From Escherichia coli (lineage in GTDB: Bacteria; Pseudomonadota; Gammaproteobacteria; Enterobacterales; Enterobacteriaceae): a DNA stretch of 64,000 bases. The notes under the pieces were generated by a model, which worked only from the letters and a program-made list of their open reading frames with translations, did not search any database and had not been told where the DNA came from. Positions 53,962-64,000 of the stretch are shown here, piece by piece (position 1 is the stretch's first letter; each line of letters starts with the position of its first letter). The stretch lies in assembly GCF_024502345.1 (NCBI RefSeq), contig NZ_JALDNN010000001.1; one strand, 5' to 3'. The position numbers and the translations under genes are program-made.

Positions 53962-54182
53962 GGATTCAACCTTTTACAAATGTGTATCGAATGAAGCATA
54001 AGTGTAGTTTGCTTTCATCGCTCTCATCATGCTGTACGAAACGCGCTTGCGTGGTCAGTAAGAAGTGCCAGACTTTATATTCCACTTTTATTCCTTTTTA
54101 TTCTTATCGATAGCGTTTCGTTTTTTAAACCGCAGCGACCTTACCGCTATAGTCAGGTAATCATTAATAAAAGGATAAAAAA

Positions 54183-55001
54183 ATGAAACTGACAACACAT
54201 CATCTACGGACAGGGGCCGCATTATTGCTGGCCGGAATTCTGCTGGCAGGTTGCGACCAGAGTAGCAGCGATGCAAAACACATTAAAGTTGGCGTTATAA
54301 ATGGCGCAGAACAAGATGTCGCGGAAGTCGCTAAAAAGGTGGCAAAAGAGAAATATGGCCTCGATGTTGAACTGGTAGGATTTAGCGGTTCGTTGCTACC
54401 GAACGATGCGACAAATCATGGCGAACTTGATGCGAATGTCTTCCAGCATCGACCCTTTCTTGAACAAGATAATCAGGCGCATGGTTATAAACTGGTAGCG
54501 GTGGGAAATACGTTTGTCTTCCCTATGGCGGGTTATTCCAAAAAAATCACAACCGTGGCGCAAATAAAAGAAGGCGCGACAGTGGCGATCCCCAACGACC
54601 CGACCAACCTTGGTCGCGCACTTTTACTGTTGCAAAAAGAGAAGCTAATTACTCTGAAAGAGGGAAAAGGGTTATTACCTACCGCGCTGGATATAACCGA
54701 TAATCCTCGTCATTTGCAGATTATGGAACTCGAGGGGGCGCAGCTTCCGCGCGTACTGGATGATCCCAAAGTTGATGTAGCGATTATCAGCACCACTTAC
54801 ATTCAGCAGACAGGGCTTTCTCCGGTGCACGACAGCGTATTTATTGAAGATAAGAATTCGCCGTATGTGAATATTTTGGTGGTACGGGAAGATAATAAGA
54901 ATGCAGAAAACGTGAAGGAATTTCTGCAATCTTATCAATCACCCGAAGTCGCTAAAGCGGCAGAAACCATTTTTAACGGTGGCGCGGTGCCTGGCTGGTA
55001 A
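54183..55001 (+). CDS. nlpA: lipoprotein 28 (methionine-binding family)
   Basis: 272-aa ORF with lipobox LLAGC and MetQ-like body. Confidence 0.9.
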   Translation: MKLTTHHLRTGAALLLAGILLAGCDQSSSDAKHIKVGVINGAEQDVAEVAKKVAKEKYGLDVELVGFSGSLLPNDATNHGELDANVFQHRPFLEQDNQAHGYKLVAVGNTFVFPMAGYSKKITTVAQIKEGATVAIPNDPTNLGRALLLLQKEKLITLKEGKGLLPTALDITDNPRHLQIMELEGAQLPRVLDDPKVDVAIISTTYIQQTGLSPVHDSVFIEDKNSPYVNILVVREDNKNAENVKEFLQSYQSPEVAKAAETIFNGGAVPGW

Positions 55002-55004
55002 TTC

Positions 55005-55928
55005 TCACTCATGCCGCGCCGGACGATTTATTTTTCTGGCGCGGCGACGGGAATCCATTGAAATCAAAATCACCGATGACAGAATCAGCAGCGTTCCCAG
55101 CCAGTCCGGTAATGTGAACGTGATCCCCAGCAACAGCAAAGAGAGTAGCGCGCTACTTAATGGTTCTGCACAGCTCAAAATGCTGGCTTTTGGACCGCCA
55201 ATTAATTGTGCTCCTTTCAGGTACAGACTAAATGTCAGGGATGTACCAATGACCACCAAATAAAAAAACGCCAGAATCAAACTGCCGTTAACGACAAAGT
55301 TTGTTCCTTGTCTGGCATAAAAAGGCAACAGAATCAGACCGCCAATCAGCATACTCCAGCCGACGACTGGTAACGTGCCATAGCGGGCAATTAGCGTTGA
55401 GGGATAGGTGGTATAGAATGCAGCAGCAAATGCCGAGGCAATGCCCCAGAACAACGCGGCAGGAGAGATCGATAATGACGTCGGATTACCGTGTGTCACC
55501 AATAAAAAAGTCCCGACCAGCGATGTCAAAATAGCGCAGAAAACCAGAATGCCCGGGCGCGATTTACGCACCAGTGAGAACCAGGCGACGATAATCGTCG
55601 GTGAGAGGAATTGCAGCACCGTTGCCGTGGCTGCGTTCGATTTTTCGATGGTTAGCAAAAAAGTGAGCTGTACAGTTAGCGCGCCAACCACGGAAAAAAT
55701 CAGCAGGCTAATGGCATCTTTATGATTGTTAATAATAGAAAAGATTTTATCGCCATGAACAAATGACAGCGTCAGTAGAATCAAACCGGCGAATATCAAA
55801 CGCGTCATAGTCAAAAACTGCGACGACATCTGGCTTTGCTCCATGATGTATTGCGCGCAGACCCCTGAACTTCCCCACAACACGGCGGCAATCAGAACGT
55901 TCAGCATCCCCTTTCTGGTGGAACCCAT
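55005..55928 (-). CDS. yicL: EamA/DMT-family transporter YicL
   Basis: 307-aa 10-TM ORF convergent with nlpA. Confidence 0.85.
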   Translation of the reverse strand: MGSTRKGMLNVLIAAVLWGSSGVCAQYIMEQSQMSSQFLTMTRLIFAGLILLTLSFVHGDKIFSIINNHKDAISLLIFSVVGALTVQLTFLLTIEKSNAATATVLQFLSPTIIVAWFSLVRKSRPGILVFCAILTSLVGTFLLVTHGNPTSLSISPAALFWGIASAFAAAFYTTYPSTLIARYGTLPVVGWSMLIGGLILLPFYARQGTNFVVNGSLILAFFYLVVIGTSLTFSLYLKGAQLIGGPKASILSCAEPLSSALLSLLLLGITFTLPDWLGTLLILSSVILISMDSRRRARKINRPARHE

Positions 55929-56563
55929 TTTTCCCTCTGCATACTGTTTTGTCGTTTATGTATGCAGGCATGATAGCAAAAATGGCGAGGATGGCTCTGT
56001 TTGCGCCACGCCGATTTTTCTTAGCCCAGACTGGTGAGCTAAATATCTTTAATAAACAGCAGGCAAATCATCGCAATACCCAACATCCCTATCGCCAGCC
56101 AGAACAACGCATGGTAGCTCCAGATTTCAACCATAATTCCGTCAACAGAGCCGGCGATAATCCAGCCGACGCGTGAAGTATTTGCATATAACGTTGTCGC
56201 AGAGCCTATTTTTTCAGGCATCAAGTCCTGAAAATAAAGCATGCCGATACCACAGAGAATACCAAGGAAGATGGCATTAAGAATTTGCAATTCCAGCTCA
56301 ACCGCCGGAGTCGTCGCCATGAGTACGCTGGCGTAAAAACACATTCCACTCACGATAGCAATGAGCATTAATAGTCGCTTGCCAATACGTTTCATGTAAT
56401 AGCCTGCGATTAACATCATCGGAATTTCCAGACCGGCAGCGATACCAATCATTTCTCCAGCCAGTTTATCGGTTAGATGCAGTTCATCAATAATAAATAG
56501 CGGCATATTTATCATGTAGAGATTATTCGCCGCCCACATCATTGAACAAACCACAAAAAGTAG

Positions 56564-57785
56564 CTGTAGATTCAATCTGTCAATGCAACACCCCTTTCAA
56601 TTATCTCTTTCGGTGTTTTGAACTTCAGTGTCTTTCTCGGTCTGTTGTTTAGCTGAGCAGCAACCAGATCTAGTTCATGTTGAGTATATTGGGCAAGACA
56701 TGTCTTTTTAGGAAAGTACTGCCGAATTAGCCCATTTGTGTTCTCATTTGTTCCCCGCTGCCAAGGACTCTGAGGATCGCAGAAGTAAACTTTAACGCCG
56801 GTGCTGACAGTAAATTCTAGATGTCTGGCCAGTTCCATTCCTCTGTCCCATGTCAGTGATTTTCTGAGTTCTGACGGTAAACTCAGGAATTTGTCGGTAA
56901 GAGCCTGATTTACTGAGACAGAATCTTTGCCCCTGAGTCTAAGGATGATCGTATAACGTGATTTTCGGTCTACAAGTGTGGCTATATGAGAGTTTTTTGT
57001 ACCTGAGACTAAATCGCCCTCCCAATGCCCCAGAGAGCGTCTGTTATCGATATTTCGGGAACGTTCGTGAATTGGTGTTCCGTTCACTATGTTAATCGTA
57101 CCTCTTTCGCCTTTGCGGGTATGACGCCTGCCATGGCGAAGGCTATGCGACCGTCGCAGATGCTGTATATTCAGGTGGTGTAGCGCTTCACGGCTACGAA
57201 AGTACAGCGTTTTATAAATTGTCTCAGGTGATATTCGCAGCGTTTTTTGACGTGGTTTTGTTCGCCTTAACCATCCTGATATTTGCTCTGGAGACCATTT
57301 CATCTCCAGCTTTTCCAGAACAAGCTTTCGCAATGGTAAATTTTGATCCAGTAAGCACGGTTTTGGCCTTTTCGCCATTCTGTTGGCTCGGTTATTAGCA
57401 TCAACAGCTTTGTAATAGCGTCTGCCCCGATTACGCTGAACTTCACGTGAGATCGTCGAAGGACTGCGATTCAGCGCAGTAGCTATCGCACGAATGCTCA
57501 TTTTGGCTGACAAACCAGCTCGTATCTCCTCGCGCTCAGACAGTGTCAGGTGAGCTACAGCCCGCTTACGCTCATGGGGTTTTATGCCGCCAGTATCCCT
57601 TAACATAGTGAAGATCGTTCCGGGTTTTGAACCCAGGATATTCGCTATTTCACTGAAGCCTGTTCCGTTCTTCCATAGTTCAAAAACAGAGGCTTTTTCC
57701 TCTGCTGTAAATGTTCGTCTCATTCAAAAAACCTCCGCAACCCCATGTTTTCACATAACTGTTGCGTTGACCAATTGAATCTACA
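56564..57785 (-). mobile_element. IS30 insertion sequence (complete, about 1.22 kb)
   Basis: Terminal inverted repeats (tgtagattcaatctgtcaatgcaacacccc at one end, tgtagattcaattggtcaacgcaacagttatgtgaaaacatgggg in reverse complement at the other) flanked by a 2-bp direct repeat gc. Confidence 0.9.
56572..57723 (-). CDS. insI: IS30 transposase
   Basis: 383-aa ORF with N-terminal HTH and C-terminal DDE integrase fold, fills the IS30 body. Confidence 0.9.
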   Translation of the reverse strand: MRRTFTAEEKASVFELWKNGTGFSEIANILGSKPGTIFTMLRDTGGIKPHERKRAVAHLTLSEREEIRAGLSAKMSIRAIATALNRSPSTISREVQRNRGRRYYKAVDANNRANRMAKRPKPCLLDQNLPLRKLVLEKLEMKWSPEQISGWLRRTKPRQKTLRISPETIYKTLYFRSREALHHLNIQHLRRSHSLRHGRRHTRKGERGTINIVNGTPIHERSRNIDNRRSLGHWEGDLVSGTKNSHIATLVDRKSRYTIILRLRGKDSVSVNQALTDKFLSLPSELRKSLTWDRGMELARHLEFTVSTGVKVYFCDPQSPWQRGTNENTNGLIRQYFPKKTCLAQYTQHELDLVAAQLNNRPRKTLKFKTPKEIIERGVALTD

Positions 57786-58882
57786 GCCGCGTATCTCGCT
57801 TTCTATGGATGGAGGGTAAAATTTCTACGGGTTGGGTAACGACAGGAATATTTCTTTGTATTGATGGCAAAAACAACCAGACTATCAGCCCGCAAACAAC
57901 AAATGCGATGGCAGCGGTGAGATACATCACTTTAAAACTAAATCCCATTGCCAGTTCATAAGCGAGCGGTGGCCCGATAACCCAGGCAAGCGAGATCTGA
58001 GCACGTAAAAATGTACTGAACATGACCGTCTCACGGCCTGTTCTATCGGCGTGTTCACGGGCGAGGGCGAACATTTGCGGGTTTGCGGTGGAAGCAAAAC
58101 TACTCAGAAGTACGCCCGTTGAGAGGAGAATGAAGTAGTTGCGATTCCACGCAAAAAGCGTGCAGGCCAGCACTCCAAATAAGCAACATAGCAGAATCAG
58201 TAATTTACGGTCGCCTTGTTTATCGGAGTGCCTTGCCAGAAATTGACTGACCAGAATTCCCATAATAGCGCTACCGGTGAAGAAAAAACCTACCATTATA
58301 GGACGGGCTTTCAGTTCATCTGCGAGGAATATACTTAGGGTAGGAGTCTGAAGAGCGCCCGCAATACCCGTCAGAAAGGCGACAAGTAAAAATGCCGCGG
58401 CAGTGAGATCAAGTATTTTTGATGGAGTGGTAGCCGTTTTTTGCATTCTTCTGAATCACCGGGCGAAAAAATATAACTGAGTTACAAATAAGTACCAGTC
58501 GAATGAGTATTGTATTAAGAATTTTTGAGTATCGCTGATACAACCAGAAAGCAATGCTAGCGCAATATTATAGGGCCAGCAATTGAGATTATTAGCAAAA
58601 GCATGTTAAGAATTAATTACCGAATTTATATATTAATTATAGTAAGGCAATGAGCTATTTTTGATAGTAAAAATAAAACAAGTTGATTTGATATATTAAA
58701 TGAACAAATTAATCTTGATGGCAGTCTGATTATTGGTGAAGTTTATAGTCAGTTTTTTTCGCCAGCGGTTAAAGAAATAGAATAATCGTATAAAAAAGGG
58801 TGTTCTGGGGCGAGTAAAACAACATCTTCACCTTAATGGCGATACAGTTGGCTGAGAGTCAGCAGGGGGGCAAATCACCTGC

Positions 58883-59003
58883 AAATAAACACGGCGCATA
58901 CTGGCGTGAATATCGCGGATGCGTTCGAGGACAGAAGAACCGACAGGCGGATTCTTCAGCCGCTCATCGTCCATCACAAAACCTTAGACCAGGTATTCCT
59001 GAA
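58883..59003 (-). pseudogene. fragment of a RhuM-family gene (paralogous remnant)
   Basis: About 120 bp with clear nucleotide similarity to 59745-59893 of the intact gene, including a 34-nt identical core; carries a deletion and an in-frame stop. Confidence 0.55.
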
Positions 59004-59214
59004 GCCGATTGAATATTGAGCAGTAGAAAATATCTGGATTGACAGTATTACAAGGGGTTGGAGAACGTCAGGAGAGGCATTTTGGCGATCACAGGAGTCG
59101 CATTCAGCGGCTTGATCTGTTGAATTTAGTGGTTTTTATCGTGTTGGATTTTTGTTGGTGCCCCCTATTATGCCCCCAAATGATTTTGCTTGTGGTGGTT
59201 ATAGGCATTCAGAG

Positions 59215-60252
59215 CTACTTTTTAGGCTCTGTTTTCCATTGTAGCAAACCGGCGATATCCTTCTCACCTTCGGCTTCTTTTAAGCGCCGTTGTTGTTCAG
59301 CAAACTGACCATACTCCGCCTGCGCTTTTTCATCGGCCATTTTCTTACTGATTTTACCTGCGCCTTGCAAAACCTCACGGTCGTTAAATTGCAGGAACTG
59401 ATCCAGCTTATCCTGCCAGTCGCGTAAAAAGACCTGCTGACGACGACGGGCCTGATCCTCGGCAAAATCCAGCCACATGTTAACTACGCGGTTAAGCTCG
59501 CTGACTTCATCCTGAGTGAGATAATTTTTTGCCACCGTCACGTCACCCTTACGCACCTCTTCACCTTTATAGCTGGTCAGCCCCATATGTGGCTGGCTGG
59601 CGTCAGCACGCAGATGAATGAGTTCAGCGGCGGTATGTCCGGTACAGGCAAAATGTAACTTGTTCTGGATGGTTTGAAAAAACTGCGTGGTTTCTTTCAG
59701 TGATGGTTGATAGTCGGCGGCTAACGCAAAGATCTCTCGCACCCGTAAATAAACCCGACGTTCGCTGGCGCGAATATCGCGGATACGCTCCAGCATCTCA
59801 TCGAAATAGTCGGGCACAGCCGATGAACCCACGGGCGGGTTCTTCAGCCGCTCATCGTCCATCACAAAACCTTTGATCAGGTATTCCTGGAGCGTCTGGG
59901 TTGCCCACTGGCGGAACTGCGTGCCGCGAGGGGAGCGAACGCGGTAGCCGACAGCAAGAATAACAGGCAGGCTGTAGTGAAGCCTGTTGCGGCTTACCTG
60001 ACGGCCACCTTCCTGTTGAACTTGTAAGTAAGACTTACAGGTTGCGTTTTGTTCAAGTTCGCCTTCTTCATAGATCGCTTTAATGTGCTGTGTAACTGCC
60101 TGGGGAGTGATCTGATAAAGGTTTGCGATGGTTGCCTGAGGGAGCCATAGTGTCTCTTGCTCAAAGCGGCATTCAACACGAACTTCACCGTCATCGCTGG
60201 CAAACATAACAAATTCGCCTGCCGGGGATTGGGTTAAGTATTTATCTGTCAT
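59215..60252 (-). CDS. RhuM-family protein
   Basis: 345-aa ORF (MTDKYLTQS...) with RhuM-family conserved blocks (VISVGYRV-like, RGTQFRQWATQ, LIKGF..DDERLK). Confidence 0.65.
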   Translation of the reverse strand: MTDKYLTQSPAGEFVMFASDDGEVRVECRFEQETLWLPQATIANLYQITPQAVTQHIKAIYEEGELEQNATCKSYLQVQQEGGRQVSRNRLHYSLPVILAVGYRVRSPRGTQFRQWATQTLQEYLIKGFVMDDERLKNPPVGSSAVPDYFDEMLERIRDIRASERRVYLRVREIFALAADYQPSLKETTQFFQTIQNKLHFACTGHTAAELIHLRADASQPHMGLTSYKGEEVRKGDVTVAKNYLTQDEVSELNRVVNMWLDFAEDQARRRQQVFLRDWQDKLDQFLQFNDREVLQGAGKISKKMADEKAQAEYGQFAEQQRRLKEAEGEKDIAGLLQWKTEPKK

Positions 60253-60339
60253 GCCGTCTCCGCTTATATCTGACTCGCAATGCTGTAATCCGCTTAGTAT
60301 GCCAGAAATTCTTGGTGAAGCTTATTACGCAGATAGCGT

Positions 60340-61173
60340 TTATTTTGCGGGCAGCGCTCCCGGATAATGCTTTGCCACAATGTCATTCATCTTCTCCACC
60401 AGGTCCAGACGCTTAAACGTGATATGCCCGTTGCCTTTCTGAAAGTAGCGAATGGTGAACATATCGTCTTTAAAGACCTGTTGATGCGGGTTATCGCGAA
60501 CAAAATTCATAAATCGGATAGAGACATCATGCCGGTTGTCAGGAATGGTTTTGCCATCCAGCAGGTAAAGCATCCGTTCCAGATCGGCGAGCTGATCGCG
60601 CCGCCAGCCCCAGTTCAGACTGAAGCCCCATCTGTCATGCTTCACCAGATTGTTGACGATAATCTTCTTACCGAAGTAACAGGGATTATTGGTTTTGTAG
60701 TCCCAGCTTAACCCTTTAAATACATTGATAATCCCACGTTCGAAAACATCCTGTTTATTGTGGTGGAGTTGTTCAAAGGTACTTAGGATGTTGGCTTCAC
60801 TGATGGCCGGAAGATCGCCCTCTTCGAGGTTTTTAGCCCACTGGCTGCGGGCTTCGGCATCCATCAAGGTCAACATCCCGGACTTCAGCATGAGATCGCG
60901 CCAGATACTGCGATCGATATTGCAGGTAATCACCGGCATCGCTTTATCGACTGGTTGCATCAGCCAGCAGTCAAAGGAATGGCCCTGTCGCATCGCCCAA
61001 TGCTCCGCCACATCACCACCGATGCTGGAGGTTAGCCGTGAGATATCATCAAGCTTATGGATCAGGATTTCTATCAGGCTCAGCGCAGCATCACGCCCTG
61101 TGACGATGCGTTCTATACTGGTTGAGCAAATTAGCTCATTATGATCGGTTAAAACTTCAGCTTCTGTTTGCAT
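60340..61173 (-). CDS. DUF4942-like protein
   Basis: 277-aa ORF from ATG 61171-61173 (MQTEAEVLTDHNE...); family call from memory of proteins encoded downstream of CbtA-family toxins. Confidence 0.5.
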   Translation of the reverse strand: MQTEAEVLTDHNELICSTSIERIVTGRDAALSLIEILIHKLDDISRLTSSIGGDVAEHWAMRQGHSFDCWLMQPVDKAMPVITCNIDRSIWRDLMLKSGMLTLMDAEARSQWAKNLEEGDLPAISEANILSTFEQLHHNKQDVFERGIINVFKGLSWDYKTNNPCYFGKKIIVNNLVKHDRWGFSLNWGWRRDQLADLERMLYLLDGKTIPDNRHDVSIRFMNFVRDNPHQQVFKDDMFTIRYFQKGNGHITFKRLDLVEKMNDIVAKHYPGALPAK

Positions 61174-61287
61174 GATATTTTGTCCGTAAAAAGCAAACAC
61201 GCCCGCCGGGAGTGGCAGGCGCATTATGCAATGAGTAAATAAGGAAGACAGATCGGGAATGTAATTCGGGAAGGAGGCTCGCAAGAT

Positions 61288-61620
61288 TCAGCGTGTCGAA
61301 AGATTATGGCCTTGTCGTAACAACCCCATTGCCTGTCGCGCCCGCAAAATGTCTACAGCCCGCAGATAAGGCGATTGTTCCTGCCAGCTAAATCCTTTGC
61401 GATCGATGCGAACGAGTTCGTATTTTTCCACCAGAAAGTTCACGGCATCGGCAAGAGTAACGCCTGCGTTGATATGTTCCTGAATGACTGTTTCATCGCA
61501 GAATGGCGTGTCACTCAGGGCCAGGCCATAGTGTTGTGCAAGTAGACGGGTCAGTAACATCTGCCAGACGGCCACAGGCGACGGGCATGGCTTCGCTATG
61601 TGTGCGTCCTCCTTTCGCAT
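61288..61620 (-). CDS. CbtA/YeeV-family toxin homolog with atypical N-terminus, no adjacent antitoxin gene
   Basis: 110-aa ORF whose body ([28 protein letters not shown]...AVNFLVEKY...DILRAR) aligns to the YeeV/YkfI/YpjF family; first 12 residues differ and overlap the upstream ORF. Confidence 0.65.
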   Translation of the reverse strand: MRKEDAHIAKPCPSPVAVWQMLLTRLLAQHYGLALSDTPFCDETVIQEHINAGVTLADAVNFLVEKYELVRIDRKGFSWQEQSPYLRAVDILRARQAMGLLRQGHNLSTR

Positions 61621-62329
61621 TGCGCCCGTTCAGACCACCTTTAATCAGGTTCTCCTGAATGCGCTGATAGGTTGTCCAGAGGTCACCGGACTCATCCTGC
61701 CAGCGACGGGGAGCCAGTAGCTGAGATTCCGTCACCGGCTGATGCTCTTCGCCAAAACGATACGTCAGCGCAGCTTGCGCCAGCGCCGCCTGTGCTGGTG
61801 GAGGTAGCATGAGTGACTGCATGGCATCGCGCTTCTCTTCTACGCGGTCAAATATCCCCAGCACTTCGTAAGCCCCTTCAATGACCTTCTCTACTACGTT
61901 GCCTTTATGCGGGACACGCACCTCCCCGAACGACTCGCCGCAAATCAACCCATTTTGGCAAACAGATCTGAATAAACCCGGCAGCATTTGATATGAACTG
62001 GAGCCGTCATGGCTGTTAAGCAGGATTATTTCTGGCACTTGTTTGCCAGTAATCTGGCCTTCTCGGCGTAGGCGCAGCATGTGTTTGGTGTGCTCACGCT
62101 TGCTCTGGTCCCGCACTCGGGTCTGGCAGGCAAAGAACGGTTGAAAGCCTTCACGCTTCAGGTTATCGAGCAGAGTGATTGTCGGAATGTAGGTATAGCG
62201 GTCACTGCGGGATTCATGTTTGTCTTCGCTGAAGACGCTGGGCACATAGTGCGCCAGCTCCTCGCGGGTTAACGGGCGGTCACGGCGCACAAGATTGGTA
62301 GCACCAAAACGGCTGGCTAAACGGGTCAT
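61511..62329 (-). CDS. DUF932-like protein (YfjQ/YafZ-like), C-terminus overlapping the toxin ORF
   Basis: 272-aa ORF from ATG 62327-62329 (MTRLASRFG...) with ggag RBS; last 37 codons overlap the toxin ORF in another frame. Confidence 0.55.
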   Translation of the reverse strand: MTRLASRFGATNLVRRDRPLTREELAHYVPSVFSEDKHESRSDRYTYIPTITLLDNLKREGFQPFFACQTRVRDQSKREHTKHMLRLRREGQITGKQVPEIILLNSHDGSSSYQMLPGLFRSVCQNGLICGESFGEVRVPHKGNVVEKVIEGAYEVLGIFDRVEEKRDAMQSLMLPPPAQAALAQAALTYRFGEEHQPVTESQLLAPRRWQDESGDLWTTYQRIQENLIKGGLNGRNAKGGRTHSEAMPVACGRLADVTDPSTCTTLWPGPE

Positions 62330-62399
62330 AGGCGACTCCTTTAAAAATGGGCATAAAAAAGCCACCCCGAAGGATGGCCTGGATTGAAAGGCTGGATTA

Positions 62400-62849
62400 T
62401 TAAGGTGAAACAGAAGGGTGTATCTGCGATGCAGTCTTTTCTGAATCTGGTATCGGCAATGCAGATAGTTCGGCAGGACTAAGCTTTCCTGCGCGGTAAA
62501 GTTGCAGTTTCACCAGAATCGGCGCTTTTTGCGACTGAAGGTAACTCAGGCACCATTCCCGCTTCAGGACTATCCTGACCGGGGCAGGCAAAAGCTCATA
62601 TGCTTTGCTAAAAACGACTTCAACAAAAGCATCATCACTCAGTTTATCCTCGGCAATATTCAACAGACCATTGATGACAATATTTTCCAGTAACAGCCTG
62701 TATTTGTCAGAACCCGTTACCGAAGCTTTAACCGTGTTTTCCGGTAAGTGTTCAGAAGATGTGTCATGATTTTCTGTGTGTGCTTTTCTGCGTGAGAAAT
62801 TCAGCTTTTCTGTAAGGCTACGAAATTTTCCTGTGCTATTTTCAGACAT
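62400..62849 (-). CDS. hypothetical protein (149 aa)
   Basis: ORF from ATG 62847-62849 (MSENSTGKF...) with agga RBS about 9 nt upstream; co-oriented 70 bp upstream of the DUF932-like gene; no family recognised. Confidence 0.45.
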   Translation of the reverse strand: MSENSTGKFRSLTEKLNFSRRKAHTENHDTSSEHLPENTVKASVTGSDKYRLLLENIVINGLLNIAEDKLSDDAFVEVVFSKAYELLPAPVRIVLKREWCLSYLQSQKAPILVKLQLYRAGKLSPAELSALPIPDSEKTASQIHPSVSP

Positions 62850-63092
62850 CGTAATTTTATCCTGTGGCCTCCGCGTCTTGCCATCAGGCAAGTACGGCGA
62901 GTTTTTTTATCGCTTTAATCAGGCTAAAGGTGGTCAAACCTGCACCTAGAGCCCTGACCGTGACCGAATGGCTTCGCATCAACGTAACCCCCATTACGCA
63001 CAGGACAAGTTGCCACGTACAATCAGGCCATGGGGGGTCATTACCCGGCATGTCCGTAACCACTTCGCTTTGACTATGCACGGAAAACACCT

Positions 63093-63736
63093 CTACTTGT
63101 AGCCATTAGGGAGCCACTGGCCCTGTTTGCGAATATCAGTAATAATGCCCCCCTCTTTGACCGAAATGGTACGCCAGCTTGGTTCTTTGCTGGATGCATT
63201 CCCATAGGTATACCCGACAGTCATTGTCAGGTTTTCGCCTGAAGTTGTGGTGAGATCAGCCTCATACTTAGCTTCGGTATTTTGTTTGCGAATAAAACGC
63301 ACGGTGTTGATTGCAGAACAGCGAATACTGCTTTTCGCATATTCAAAGGAATTGTTAGCCATTTGGCATCCGTCGTTTTTAATTTCATCCGTCAGGTTTG
63401 CAGAAACATTAAAGTTCTTAGGTACAGGGGCAAATTTAGCCATGTCGTTTCGCATAGTCGGTGGATCTGTCTGAAGCACAAGATAAACAGGACAATCTGA
63501 TTTGCCTACTTCACACGCTTTTGCCACGTAATCACGTACTGGCCATCCAGCATTACCGAAATATTCCGCACCACTTTCATCTTTGCATTGTGACCAGGTA
63601 GCTTTTTTCCCCATCATAATGCCGTCTACCAGCACACAGGTGACGGCTTTTACAGGCTCACCATCCCACCGGACTGCATCAAAGGGCTGAATGCCTGTAT
63701 GGTTCACGTCAAGCGTGTAGGCCTGTGGATTCCTAG
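63093..63736 (-). pseudogene. hypothetical protein, 5' end truncated by IS5
   Basis: Reading frame open from the IS5 junction to stop at 63093; the first 23 residues of the track ORF are encoded by the IS5 terminus; no family recognised. Confidence 0.45.

Positions 63737-64000
<264 letters not shown>

Larger units (their letters stand above)
56039..58446 (-). pseudogene. setC: sugar efflux MFS transporter setC interrupted by IS30
   Basis: N-terminal 220 codons (57786-58446) and C-terminal 174 codons (56039-56563) of one MFS frame flank IS30; the pieces sum to about 394 codons. Confidence 0.75.

Noticed and set aside
58447-59215. Search for selC tRNA, an att-site direct repeat or an integrase fragment at the setC-proximal island edge
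   Set aside because: Neither strand of the selC sequence as I remember it, nor its 3' end, is present in this interval; the only recognisable element is the RhuM-type gene fragment. The integration-site hypothesis is kept as inference only.
59039-59308. 89-aa plus-strand ORF at the 3' end of the RhuM-family gene
   Set aside because: Overlaps the RhuM-family gene stop on the opposite strand, Cys-rich low-complexity translation, no RBS; judged spurious.
62850-63092. 243-bp gap between the IS5-truncated gene and the 149-aa hypothetical ORF as a possible small RNA or toxin peptide
   Set aside because: No terminator-like hairpin with T-run and no short ORF with RBS could be supported; the track ORFs here (62864-63073 plus strand, 62884-63090 minus strand) overlap each other and look non-coding.

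Overview
This window is an Escherichia coli chromosomal segment with K-12-like gene order, from yidZ through the dnaA-dnaN-recF-gyrB replication cluster to setC, followed by about 5.5 kb of accessory DNA. All calls rest on reading the translated ORFs and DNA against remembered E. coli proteins and motifs; no search or alignment was run. Positions 1-58446 are conserved backbone: tna operon with tnaC leader, mnmE, yidC/yidD/rnpA/rpmH, the dgo operon, ibpAB, glvCBG, a yidLKJ sulfatase locus, emrD, the tisB/istR-1 SOS toxin locus, ivbL-ilvBN, uhpABCT, ade, nepI, nlpA and yicL. Three small genes missing from the ORF track were found by hand (tnaC, rpmH, tisB; ivbL also). setC is split by an IS30 copy with a 2-bp target duplication. 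From 58447 onward the backbone synteny ends: an AT-rich junction is followed by a minus-strand gene string (RhuM-family protein plus a paralogous pseudo-fragment, DUF4942, a CbtA/YeeV-family toxin with no antitoxin gene, a DUF932-like protein, two hypotheticals), ending in an IS5 copy that truncates the last gene. This looks like a degraded integrative island at the position where K-12 has selC next to setC. I found no CRISPR array, rRNA or tRNA. The most interesting candidates are the antitoxin-less CbtA-family toxin, the RhuM-family gene with its fragment, and the two uncharacterised island ORFs. The ORF track treats GTG/TTG as start codons, so several starts were moved to the likely true start.
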